A stretch of DNA of 64,000 bases from an uncultured Actinomycetes bacterium (lineage in GTDB: Bacteria; Actinomycetota; Thermoleophilia; UBA2241). Numbering within the stretch: position 1 is the stretch's first letter; every line of letters starts with the position of its first letter. Below the pieces are notes generated by a model. It was given only the letters and a program-made list of their open reading frames with translations. It did not search any database and was not told the DNA's origin. Below, one piece after another: positions 12,381 through 22,307 of this stretch. Made by a program: the position numbers and the translations under genes. The DNA lies in NCBI GenBank assembly GCA_963725665.1, contig CAVRZA010000008.1, positions 160,001-224,000 of the forward strand, written 5' to 3'.

Positions 12381-13348
12381 CCACGGCCCAGCGGGCGCGC
12401 GGCGGCCTCGAGCCCGACCTCTCGGTCGAGCTCGGCCCGTTGCGCCTGCCGCACCCGGTGCTCAATGCCAGCGGCACCTTCGACCTGCTCGAGGCCGCCG
12501 CGCGCTACGAGGGCGACCTGGTGGCCGAGTTCCCCTTCGCGGCCTACGTGCCGAAGACTGTGACTCTGGAGCGGCGCGAGGGCAACCCGCCGCCGCGCGT
12601 CACCGAGACGCCCGCCGGCATGATCAACTCGGTGGGTCTGCAGAACCCGGGGCTCAAGGGATACCTGCTCGACCTGGCGCAGCTCACTGCGCTCGTCGCG
12701 CCGGTGATCGTCAATGTCGGCGGCGGCCGCCCGGAGGACTACCTCGCTGTGATCGAGCGGCTCGAGGTGTGGCTCGAGGGCAGCTCGAAGCCGGACGTAC
12801 GCGCCTATGAACTCAACGTCTCCTGCCCCAACGTCGCTACGGGCCTCGCCATCGGCGCCGACGCGGCGGCGACCGCCGACCTCGTGGCGCGCGTCAAGGC
12901 GGTGACGAGACGCTTCGTGATGGTCAAGCTCACGCCCAACGTCACCTCCGTGGTCGAGATCGCGCTCGCCGCCGAGGCCGCCGGTGCCGACGGGCTCTCT
13001 CTCGTCAACACCTTCAAGGCGCTCGTGCTCGACGGCGATACGCTCCTACCCTTCCTCGGCGGTGTGACCGGCGGTCTCTGCGGCCCGGCGATCAAACCGA
13101 TCGCCCTGCGTATGGTGGCCGAGGTCGCGGGCGCCGTGCGTGTGCCCGTCGTGGGCATGGGGGGCATCGTCTCGGGCCGCGACGTGCTGGAGTTCATCGC
13201 TTGCGGCGCGACCGCAGTGCAGGTCGGGGCGGCCAACTTCGCCGGCATCGATGCAGCAGGCCGTATCGTCGCCGAGTTGGGCGACGAGATGCGGCGGCGG
13301 GGGATCGGCCGCCTGGACGAGGTGCGAGCACGAGCGGCGCTGCCGTGA
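12377..13348 (+). CDS. pyrD: Dihydroorotate dehydrogenase family 1B catalytic subunit
   Basis: NASGTF, ELNVSCPN, KLTPN, GGLCGPAIKP. Confidence 0.95.
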   Translation: MTTAQRARGGLEPDLSVELGPLRLPHPVLNASGTFDLLEAAARYEGDLVAEFPFAAYVPKTVTLERREGNPPPRVTETPAGMINSVGLQNPGLKGYLLDLAQLTALVAPVIVNVGGGRPEDYLAVIERLEVWLEGSSKPDVRAYELNVSCPNVATGLAIGADAAATADLVARVKAVTRRFVMVKLTPNVTSVVEIALAAEAAGADGLSLVNTFKALVLDGDTLLPFLGGVTGGLCGPAIKPIALRMVAEVAGAVRVPVVGMGGIVSGRDVLEFIACGATAVQVGAANFAGIDAAGRIVAELGDEMRRRGIGRLDEVRARAALP

Positions 13349-13431
13349 GTGTGCCCCTGAGAGCCTGAGGCATGAAGTTGGTAGGAGCCAAAATACCAGC
13401 ATCTCTCGGCCTTTTTTCGCTTCGCAGCGTC

Positions 13432-13460
13432 TTGAACTGACTCTGGCCCTCCTATAGAAT
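13432..13460 (+). promoter_or_regulatory. Promoter of mIHF, leaderless geometry
   Basis: TTGAAC-N17-TAGAAT ending 7 nt before ATG 13468; no SD. Confidence 0.7.
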
Positions 13461-13467
13461 CCCCCGC

Positions 13468-13800
13468 ATGTCAGCCACCGTGAAGCAGATCAACACCGCT
13501 CCCGCACGCTCGCTGAACCAGCGGATGGAGGCCCTGCTGCGCGCCAATCAGGTGCGCAGCAAGCGCGCCGCGCTCAAGGCCGACCTGAAGAGGGGCAAGG
13601 CGAGCATCGTCACGGTGCTGGGCGACCCACCTGAGTTCCTCGCGACGGCAAAGGTCATCGACGTGCTGATGGCCGCGCCGAAGTGCGGCAGGGTGAAGTC
13701 GGCGAAGATCATGGAGATGTGCCGCGTCAGCCAGAGCAAGACAGTGGGCGGCCTCTCCGATCGCCAGCGCCGGGAGCTCCTCGCCTACTTCGGAGGCTAG
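13468..13800 (+). CDS. mihF: Actinobacterial integration host factor
   Basis: QRMEAL..ANQVRSKRAALKADLK...KTVGGLSDRQRRELL; directly upstream of gmk. Confidence 0.9.
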   Translation: MSATVKQINTAPARSLNQRMEALLRANQVRSKRAALKADLKRGKASIVTVLGDPPEFLATAKVIDVLMAAPKCGRVKSAKIMEMCRVSQSKTVGGLSDRQRRELLAYFGG

Positions 13801-13803
13801 GGC

Positions 13804-14364
13804 ATCGCGCAGGTCTTCGTGATCTCGGGGCCGTCGGGCGCCGGGAAGGGGACCGTCATCGCGCGCGTGCTCGAGTCTCTCGACGGGCTGTCTCTGTCGG
13901 TGTCGGCGACCACGCGGCCGCCGCGTCCCGGAGAGATCGACGGCGTGCACTACCACTTCCTCTCCCGCGACCAGTTCGAGCGCGCTGCTGACGAGGGCAG
14001 GTTTCTTGAGTGGGTAGAGTATGGAGGTAACCTGTACGGCACGCTGCGTAGCGATGTCGAAAGCAGGCTGGCGGAGGGCAGCGACGTCATCCTTGAGATC
14101 GAGCTCCAGGGGGCGCGCAACGTGCGGCGCGCGCTGCCCGACGCGGAGCTCATCTTCATCGCCCCGCCGTCGTTCGGCGACCTCGCCGCGAGACTGCGTG
14201 GCAGGGGGACCGAGAGTGAGCACGCCATCGCGGCGCGCTTGCGCATCGCGCGCGACGAGGTCGCGGCGGCGCGAGAGTTCGATCACGTGGTGGTGAACGA
14301 CGAGGCCAACAAGGCGGCGCGCGAGGTGGTGGAGCTCATCGTCGCGCGCCGCACCGTGAGCTAG
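13804..14364 (+). CDS. gmk: Guanylate kinase (start ATC 13804 inferred; first canonical start GTG 13819)
   Basis: VISGPSGAGKGT, SATTRPPRPGEIDGVHYHF. Confidence 0.95.
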   Translation: MAQVFVISGPSGAGKGTVIARVLESLDGLSLSVSATTRPPRPGEIDGVHYHFLSRDQFERAADEGRFLEWVEYGGNLYGTLRSDVESRLAEGSDVILEIELQGARNVRRALPDAELIFIAPPSFGDLAARLRGRGTESEHAIAARLRIARDEVAAAREFDHVVVNDEANKAAREVVELIVARRTVS

Positions 14365-14381
14365 AAGAGAGAGGGAGACCA

Positions 14382-14618
14382 GTGGACCGTCCAAGCATCG
14401 ACGAGTTGCTCGGCCACGCCGGCGGGTCGCGCTACGCGCTCGCGATCATCGCGGCCAAGCGCGCTCGGCAGATCAACAACTACTACAACAGCCTCGGTGA
14501 GGGACTCCTCGACGACGACTTCCCGCCGCCGCTCGTTACCTCGCGCAGCAAGAACCTGCTGACGATCTCGCTCGAAGAGGTCGCCGAGGGCAAGATCGGC
14601 CTGTCGCACAGGGACTGA
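14382..14618 (+). CDS. rpoZ: RNA polymerase omega subunit
   Basis: SRYALAIIAAKRARQIN; gmk-rpoZ-coaBC order. Confidence 0.94.
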   Translation: MDRPSIDELLGHAGGSRYALAIIAAKRARQINNYYNSLGEGLLDDDFPPPLVTSRSKNLLTISLEEVAEGKIGLSHRD

Positions 14619-14683
14619 CGCCGTCGCTGCGTGGCGACCGGGGAGGGGGACGTGAGCGACATCGGCCAGCGAGAGGCGAGGGC

Positions 14684-15901
14684 GTGAACGAGGGTGAGCG
14701 GACCGTGCTGGTGGGGGTCACCGGCGGCATCGCCGTGTACAAAGCCGTGGAGCTGGTGCGTCTGCTGGTCAAGGACGGGTTCGCCCCCGTCGTGGTCGCC
14801 ACCGAGGCCGCCAAGCGCTTCGTGATGCCGCTGACCTTCGCCGCCATCTCGGGCTCGCCCGTCCTCGAAGAGGAGAGCGCCTGGCGGGCCGACGGCGGTT
14901 GGTTCCAGCACATCGAGGCCGCGCGCCGAGCTCAGGCGCTGGTCGTCGCCCCCGCGACGGCCAACACGCTGGCGAAGATGGCCGCCGGCATCGCCGACAA
15001 CCTCCTGACGGCGATCTACCTGGCGTTCCGAGGTCCCGTCGTCGTCGCGCCCAGCGCGAACTGGGCGATGTACGAGCACCCGGCGACGCAGGAGAACCTG
15101 CGCGTGCTGGCCGGACGCGGCGTCGAGGTGCTGCCGACGGGCGAAGGCGCGCTCGCCTGCGGCGAGACCGGTTCGGGGCGCATGGCCGAGCCCGACGAGA
15201 TCCTCGCCGCCGTCAAGCGCGCCTTCGCCGCCGCCGCCGCCGGGCCGCTGGCCGGGCGCAAGGTCGTCGTCACCGCCGGCGGCACGCGCGAACCGCTCGA
15301 CGCGGTGCGCTTCATCGGCAACCGCTCGAGCGGCAAGATGGGGCGCGCCGTGGCCGACGACGCCTACCTGCGCGGGGCCGAAGTGGTCCTCATCGAGGCC
15401 GTGCGCGCGACGCTGCAGACCGCCTACCGGCGGCTCGTTGTCGAGACCTGCGACGAGATGGCCGCGGCGGTGGCCGCCGAGACGGCCGACGCCGACGTGC
15501 TCGTCATGGCGGCGGCCGTCGCCGACTTCAAGCCGGCGCGGCCGCAGACGCACGAGAAGATCGACCGCGCCGGCCGAGACCAGCTCACCGTCGAGCTCGT
15601 GCCCACAGTCGATATCCTCGCGACGAGCGCCCGCGCGGGCCTCCTGCGCGTCGGCTTCGCCGCCGAGGCCGGCCCGCGCCTCGACCGCGCCCGCGCCAAG
15701 AAGGCCGCCAAGGGCGTCGACCTGCTCGTCTTCAACGACATCTTGGCGGTCGGCGTCGGCATCGGCTCCGACGAGAACGAGATCACCATCCTCGCCCCGC
15801 GCGAGGAGATCCGCATCGAGCGCAGTCCCAAGTCGGAGTGCGCCCGGGCCATCCTCGACCAGGTCGAGCTGTTGCTCACGAGTAGGAGAAGCGCTACATG
15901 A
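14684..15901 (+). CDS. coaBC: Phosphopantothenoylcysteine decarboxylase/ligase
   Basis: GVTGGIAVYKA, APATAN, VTAGGTREPLDAVRFIGNRSSGKMG. Confidence 0.96.
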   Translation: MNEGERTVLVGVTGGIAVYKAVELVRLLVKDGFAPVVVATEAAKRFVMPLTFAAISGSPVLEEESAWRADGGWFQHIEAARRAQALVVAPATANTLAKMAAGIADNLLTAIYLAFRGPVVVAPSANWAMYEHPATQENLRVLAGRGVEVLPTGEGALACGETGSGRMAEPDEILAAVKRAFAAAAAGPLAGRKVVVTAGGTREPLDAVRFIGNRSSGKMGRAVADDAYLRGAEVVLIEAVRATLQTAYRRLVVETCDEMAAAVAAETADADVLVMAAAVADFKPARPQTHEKIDRAGRDQLTVELVPTVDILATSARAGLLRVGFAAEAGPRLDRARAKKAAKGVDLLVFNDILAVGVGIGSDENEITILAPREEIRIERSPKSECARAILDQVELLLTSRRSAT

Positions 15902-16455
15902 GCCTGGATCGCGCGCAGCTCGCGGCGCTCGTCGACGAACGCGTCGCCAACGAGAACCTGCGCCGCCACATGCTCGCCAGCGAGGCCATCATGCGCGCAG
16001 TAGCCGTCCATCTCGGAAGGGATGCGGACGTCTGGGGTCTCGCGGGTCTCGGCCACGACCTCGATTCCGAGCAGACCGAGGACGACTTCAGGCGCCACGG
16101 GCGCGAGGCCGCCGATCTCCTGGCCGCGGCCGGCGCGCCCGACGACGTGGTCCACGCCGTCGCGGCGCACAACCCGGCCACCGGCGCGCCGGCCGATCGG
16201 CCCATCGACGTCGCGCTCATCGCCGCCGACCAGCTCAGCGGGCTGATCACGGCTGCCGCACTCGTGCGTCCCGACAAGGAGCTGGCCGGCGTGCAGGTGA
16301 AGTCGCTGCGCAAGCGCTTCCGTGAAGGCGCGTTCGCGCGGGGGGTCGACCGAGCCTCCATCCAGCGCTGCGAGGAGCTCGGCATCCCTCTGGACGACTT
16401 CTTCGCCCTCGGCCTCGCCGCGATGCAGGACATCGCACCCAGCTTGGGTATGTAG
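15898..16455 (+). CDS. HD-domain (HDIG) phosphohydrolase
   Basis: RRHMLASE, HDLD, AHN, D..SGLITAAALVRP. Confidence 0.85.
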   Translation: MSLDRAQLAALVDERVANENLRRHMLASEAIMRAVAVHLGRDADVWGLAGLGHDLDSEQTEDDFRRHGREAADLLAAAGAPDDVVHAVAAHNPATGAPADRPIDVALIAADQLSGLITAAALVRPDKELAGVQVKSLRKRFREGAFARGVDRASIQRCEELGIPLDDFFALGLAAMQDIAPSLGM

Positions 16456-16510
16456 CGTTAAGGCGTCCGCGACGCGGCCGCAAGGCGCCGTCGCGGTGGC
16501 AGGCGAGCGC

Positions 16511-16942
16511 ATGGACGACGAGAACAGACGACCCCGGGGCGACGAGCCCGCAGTACCGCACGACGAGGCCTACGACCTCTTCCAACGTGGGCAGACGTTC
16601 CTGCGCCACAATCACCCCGGCCAGGCGGCCGTCTTCTTCGAGCGCGCCCGGCGCCTCGCGCCCGGCAAGAACTCGATCCGCGAGGCGCTCGGGCGCGCGT
16701 ACTTCCATCTCGGCTGCTACGACCGTGCCGCCGCGGAGTTCTCGGCCATCGTCGAGCACGTGCCGACGAACGACTACGCGCGCTACGCTTTCGGACGCGC
16801 GCTGCTCAAGCTCGGCCGATTCGCCGAGGCGCGCGCCCAACTGCGCCTGGCGCTCGCCATGTCACCCGCCAATCACTGGTACCAGGCCGCGCTGGAGCGC
16901 TGCCTGGCCGAGGAGCAGCGCGCGGCAGACGCCGGTCGGTGA
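16511..16942 (+). CDS. Tetratricopeptide repeat protein
   Basis: TPR-like helices (EALGRAYF, YAFGRALLKLGR). Confidence 0.8.
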   Translation: MDDENRRPRGDEPAVPHDEAYDLFQRGQTFLRHNHPGQAAVFFERARRLAPGKNSIREALGRAYFHLGCYDRAAAEFSAIVEHVPTNDYARYAFGRALLKLGRFAEARAQLRLALAMSPANHWYQAALERCLAEEQRAADAGR

Positions 16943-16963
16943 CCGCCGTACCGGGGGGTGCGG

Positions 16964-17908
16964 TCAGACCGCCTGCGGGGCCGGCGCCCCCGGCGCCGGC
17001 CCCTCGTGCGCCATCGCCAGGAGCACCGCGATGCGCTTCTGGATGGGCGGGTGGGTGTCGAACAGGCCTTCGGTCTCGCGCAGCTTGCGCAGGGGGTTGG
17101 CGATGTAGAGGTGTGCCGTGGCCCTGTTGGCCGCGCGCAGCGGCCGCGGGTCGGCGGCGATCTTCTCGAGCGCGTGGGCCAGCCCGACGGGGTTGCGCGT
17201 GAGCTCCGCGCCGGAGGCGTCGGCGAGGTACTCACGCCGCCGCGAGACGGCCATCTGCACGAGCCACGCGAAGAGCGGCGCGAGGATGGCCAGCGCGATG
17301 GCCAGCAGGAAGATGAGACCTCCGCCGCCACCGCTGTCGTCGCCCGAGCGGCGGCCGAAGCCTCCCCAGAACGTCGAGCGCAAGAAGAAGTCGGCGACGA
17401 GCGCGATGAGCCCGACGAGGATGCCCACCAGCGTGGCGAAGCGCACGTCGTAGTTGCGCACGTGCGACATCTCATGCGCGATGACGCCCTGCAGCTCCTC
17501 GCGGTTCATCATCTGCAGCAGGCCGCTGGTAACGGCGACGGAGGCGTGCTGCGGGTCGCGGCCGGTCGCAAAGGCGTTGGGCGCCGGGTCGTCGATCACA
17601 TACACGGCGGGCATGGGTGTGCCGGCGGCGATGGTCATCTCCTCGACCACGTTCCAGAGCTGCGGCGCCTCCTCGTGCGTGACCCGACGCGCCCCGCTCG
17701 CCGCGAGGACCATGCCGGCGCCCGCGTAGTAGCCGATGATGCTCCACAGGATGGCGATCACGCCGAAGACACCCAGCAGGCCGAGGCCGCCGTACGGCCG
17801 CCCGGTGAGGGCGACGCCGATCACGAACCCAAGGAGGAGAAGGACGGCGACGACCGCAGCCATGAGCAGCCACGAGGCGCGCTTGTTGCGGGCGATCTGC
17901 TCGTACAT
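16964..17908 (-). CDS. htpX: M48 family zinc metalloprotease
   Basis: PNAFATG, AHEMSH (HExxH), SRRREYLAD, THPP. Confidence 0.93.
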   Translation of the reverse strand: MYEQIARNKRASWLLMAAVVAVLLLLGFVIGVALTGRPYGGLGLLGVFGVIAILWSIIGYYAGAGMVLAASGARRVTHEEAPQLWNVVEEMTIAAGTPMPAVYVIDDPAPNAFATGRDPQHASVAVTSGLLQMMNREELQGVIAHEMSHVRNYDVRFATLVGILVGLIALVADFFLRSTFWGGFGRRSGDDSGGGGGLIFLLAIALAILAPLFAWLVQMAVSRRREYLADASGAELTRNPVGLAHALEKIAADPRPLRAANRATAHLYIANPLRKLRETEGLFDTHPPIQKRIAVLLAMAHEGPAPGAPAPQAV

Positions 17909-17962
17909 GGTTCTCTCTTACCCTGGCGGCACGGCCTCGGATCAGACGTCGCGCCGTAGCCG

Positions 17963-18523
17963 CTAGCGCAGATCGACCTTGACCGGCTCCCTGTCGGCCT
18001 CGTCGCCCTGGAAGAACTGCCGTTCCTTGAAGTTGAAGAGCCCGGCGATGATGTTGGTCGGCACCGACTGGATCTTCATGTTGTAGGTCATCACGCTGTC
18101 GTTGTAGAACTGCCGCGCGAAGGCGATCTTGTTCTCGGTCGCCGTGAGCTCCTCCTGGAGCGACATGACGTTCTGGTTCGCTTTGAGATCGGGGTAGTTC
18201 TCGACCACGGCGAACAAGGAGCGCAGCGCCTGCGTGAGGCCGTTCTCGGCGGCCGCCTGTGCGGCGGGGCCCTGGGCCCCGGCCGCCACGGCCGCCGCCC
18301 TCGCCTGTGTCACGTTGGTGAGCGTCTCCTGCTCGTAGGCCATGTAGTCCTTGACGGCCTCGACCAGGTTCGGGATCAGGTCGTGGCGACGCTTGAGCTG
18401 CACGTCGATCTGGCTCCACGAGTTGTCGACCTGGTTGCGCCGTTTGACGAGGCTGTTGTACATGCCGGCGATGACCGCGACGATGATCACCACGATCACG
18501 ATGAGGATGATGGCTATGATCAC
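17963..18523 (-). CDS. lemA: LemA family protein
   Basis: IDVQLKRRHDLIPNLV, ENYPDLKAN. Confidence 0.95.
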   Translation of the reverse strand: MIIAIILIVIVVIIVAVIAGMYNSLVKRRNQVDNSWSQIDVQLKRRHDLIPNLVEAVKDYMAYEQETLTNVTQARAAAVAAGAQGPAAQAAAENGLTQALRSLFAVVENYPDLKANQNVMSLQEELTATENKIAFARQFYNDSVMTYNMKIQSVPTNIIAGLFNFKERQFFQGDEADREPVKVDLR

Positions 18524-18755
18524 GGATCACTCCTTTGTCGACTCGCCTGGCGTCTACTGCCCGACATGCCCCGGACGTCTGTAGTGTACGCCGCGCGCGG
18601 CGCGCTTACCTGCCCGTCGGGCGCGATGATGACCGGCGCAGGGGTGAGCGCCGCGCCGCCGGGCGGGTGAGGCGGGCGCGCGCGGCGGCGATGTACACCC
18701 CGAGAGGGGTGCTCTATCCTTGGGCCAGGATGCACGACCTCGGCGCATACGCCCC

Positions 18756-19559
18756 GTGACACCCGCCCGCCGTCGCGGCGCCCTCGCCCTGTTCGAGGCT
18801 GTCGCCCTCGTCGTCGCCCTCGCGAGCCTCGGCTACTTCGTAGTGCACGTGCGCGCCGCCGGGGGCGGCACGCTGAAGCCGCTCGCGGCCGTCAGCGCGC
18901 CGCCAGCCCCGTCGGGCTCGCCCTCCGCGAGCCCCGGCGCGGCCGACATCCATCACTGGATCGTGGCCAAGGCGGCGGGGCCGATCGTCGCCCGCACGCG
19001 GCCGAGTGCCTCGGCTCCCGTGCGGGCGACGTTCGGTACACGCACGGCGAACGGTTTCCCGACCCTCTTTCTCGTGAACGAGACGCGCAACGTAGACGGG
19101 CGGACCTGGTACCGGGTGTGGTTGCCGGTACCTCCCAACGGGAGCCGAGCCTGGATTGTCGAGGGCGGTCTGGCGACCTACCCGACCACGACCAAGATCG
19201 TCATCGACCTCTCAAGGCGGCGCCTGGCTGTGATCCGCGGCGACCATGATCTGGCCGGTTACCCGGTAGCGATCGGCACCTCCCAGTACCCGACACCGAC
19301 GGGGTTCTTCTTCCTGACGGAGAAACTGCGCCCTCGGACCCCGGGAGGGCCGTACGGAGTGCTCGCGCTCGCTCTGAGCGCCTTCCAGCCCAAGCTCTCA
19401 TGGTGGCCCGGCGGGGGACAGGTGGCCATCCACGGCACCAACCGGGACGAGCTCATCGGCCAGGCGGTGAGCCACGGGTGCGTACGCATGCACGACGCGA
19501 ACATCCTGAAGGTGAGCGAGCTGGTGCCGGCCGGCAGCCCGGTAGTGATCCAGCCCTAG
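18756..19559 (+). CDS. L,D-transpeptidase (YkuD domain), membrane anchored
   Basis: N-terminal TM helix; PTPTG, IHGT...SHGCVRM. Confidence 0.9.
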   Translation: MTPARRRGALALFEAVALVVALASLGYFVVHVRAAGGGTLKPLAAVSAPPAPSGSPSASPGAADIHHWIVAKAAGPIVARTRPSASAPVRATFGTRTANGFPTLFLVNETRNVDGRTWYRVWLPVPPNGSRAWIVEGGLATYPTTTKIVIDLSRRRLAVIRGDHDLAGYPVAIGTSQYPTPTGFFFLTEKLRPRTPGGPYGVLALALSAFQPKLSWWPGGGQVAIHGTNRDELIGQAVSHGCVRMHDANILKVSELVPAGSPVVIQP

Positions 19560-19625
19560 AGAGCGGGGAGCGGGGCAGGCCCCGCGGCGCCTGCCGCCGT
19601 CAGGGAACCTCTCAGGTGGTGGTCC

Positions 19626-19910
19626 TCACCAGTAGTCGCCCTGCAAGAGTCTCATGTCGTGGGCGTTGCACTTCGGGCAGGTGTACGAGGCCGCCTTCTC
19701 GAGGAAGAAGAGCTGGCTGCCGCACGCCAGGCAGTTGAACTCATCGACCATGATGTCGGCCCCGGTCAGGTCGACCTCGCAGATCGTCTTGCACTCTACG
19801 CAGAAGGCAGGCATGAAGCGGATGCGCGGATCCCTCATGCTGACGCCCCAGCGGATCTGTTCCGCTCTGTAGCCACACTCGCGGCACTCGAAGGTCGTGA
19901 ACTCTCCCAT
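19626..19910 (-). CDS. Hypothetical 94-aa protein with four CxxC motifs
   Basis: CREC, CVEC, CLAC, CPKC; purine-rich SD before ATG 19910. Confidence 0.8.
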   Translation of the reverse strand: MGEFTTFECRECGYRAEQIRWGVSMRDPRIRFMPAFCVECKTICEVDLTGADIMVDEFNCLACGSQLFFLEKAASYTCPKCNAHDMRLLQGDYW

Positions 19911-19957
19911 GACGTCCCTTCCCTTCCCTCTCGACTCCGCCGTCCGTGCCGCCAGTA

Positions 19958-19985
19958 GTATCGGCAGCAGGCGGCCGCTCGTTGA
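19958..19985 (-). promoter_or_regulatory. Candidate sigma28/WhiG-type promoter
   Basis: Minus strand TCAA-N16-GCCGATAC, 47 nt upstream of ATG 19910. Confidence 0.6.
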
Positions 19986-20257
19986 GCGCTCGGTGATCGG
20001 CCGGCGTGCACGGCGGGCGCACTCGCCGCGGGTGCCTCTAGACGCGCCTTGGCCGGCGCCTTGCGGCGGCAGCGCCTCCTGGCGGTTCCACCGCTGAGAC
20101 CTGCCTCCTTGAATGGCCGTTTTGCAGGGATGTTGCGCCCGAGGTGACGGCCACACGACGGCTGCGGGCACACGGCGCCATGCCTTGATTGCAGGCTATT
20201 CGGGGTATACAGTAGCGGGACTTAAACGACACACTCTTGGGAGGCGGACTCTTTCGG

Positions 20258-20281
20258 AAGTGGGTGCACGAGCCCACTTTT
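20258..20281 (+). promoter_or_regulatory. rimP leader hairpin
   Basis: AAGTGGG-loop-CCCACTT plus T-run just before rimP. Confidence 0.7.
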
Positions 20282-20288
20282 GTCTTGT

Positions 20289-20740
20289 ATGGAACGGCAC
20301 GCGCTGGCACATCTGATCGAACAGAAGATCTCCGAGCGCTTCGACGACGTCGAGGTGGTCGACTTCGAGCTGCGCAAAGGCAGAGACCCGCTGCTCACCG
20401 TCTACATCGACCGGCCGAGCGGGGTCGACCTCGACCTGTGCGTGGCGGTCACGCACGCACTCGATGCGTTGCGCGACACGTACCGCCTCGAGGTGTCGTC
20501 GCCCGGCCTCGATCGCCCGCTGCGCAAGCCGGAGCAGTTCGCACGCGTCGCAGGCAGTGAGGTGGCGGTCAAGACGGCGGCGCCGCTCCAAGGGCGCGCG
20601 TCGTATCGCGGCGTGCTCACGACGGCCGACGAGACCACGATCACGCTACGACTCGACGAGGGGCGCGACGTGACCATCCCCTACGCCGAGGTCGTCAGGG
20701 CGCGTCTCGTCCCCACCTTCGATTCGACTGGGAGGCCAAC

Positions 20741-20744
<4 letters not shown>
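20289..20744 (+). CDS. rimP: Ribosome maturation factor
   Basis: VYIDRPSGVDLDLC, YRLEVSSPGLDRPL. Confidence 0.95.
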
Positions 20745-22020
<1,276 letters not shown>

Positions 22021-22024
<4 letters not shown>

Positions 22025-22302
22025 CGGCGATGTCGGCGCCCACGCGTACGTGCCTTGGCTGCCGCGGCAGGCGAGCGCGCGACAAGCTGATACGATTGCA
22101 GCTGCGCGACGGGAGGGTAGCCCCGCTGGAGGGGCCCGCCGCCGGCCGAGGCGCCTACCTGTGCCCCGACCGGGTGTGCTTCGACGCGGCGTTGCGGCGC
22201 AAAGCCTTCGCGCGCGCCTTCCGCTCGCCGGCGCACGTCGACGAGCGCCTCTGGGAAGCTATCGAGGCTCGCGCAGCCGAGCCTAGTCGCGAAAGGCAGT
22301 GA
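22021..22302 (+). CDS. ylxR: YlxR/RnpM family RNA-binding protein
   Basis: PTRTCLGCR, GRGAYLC, RAFR. Confidence 0.88.
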
Positions 22303-22307
22303 GGCAG

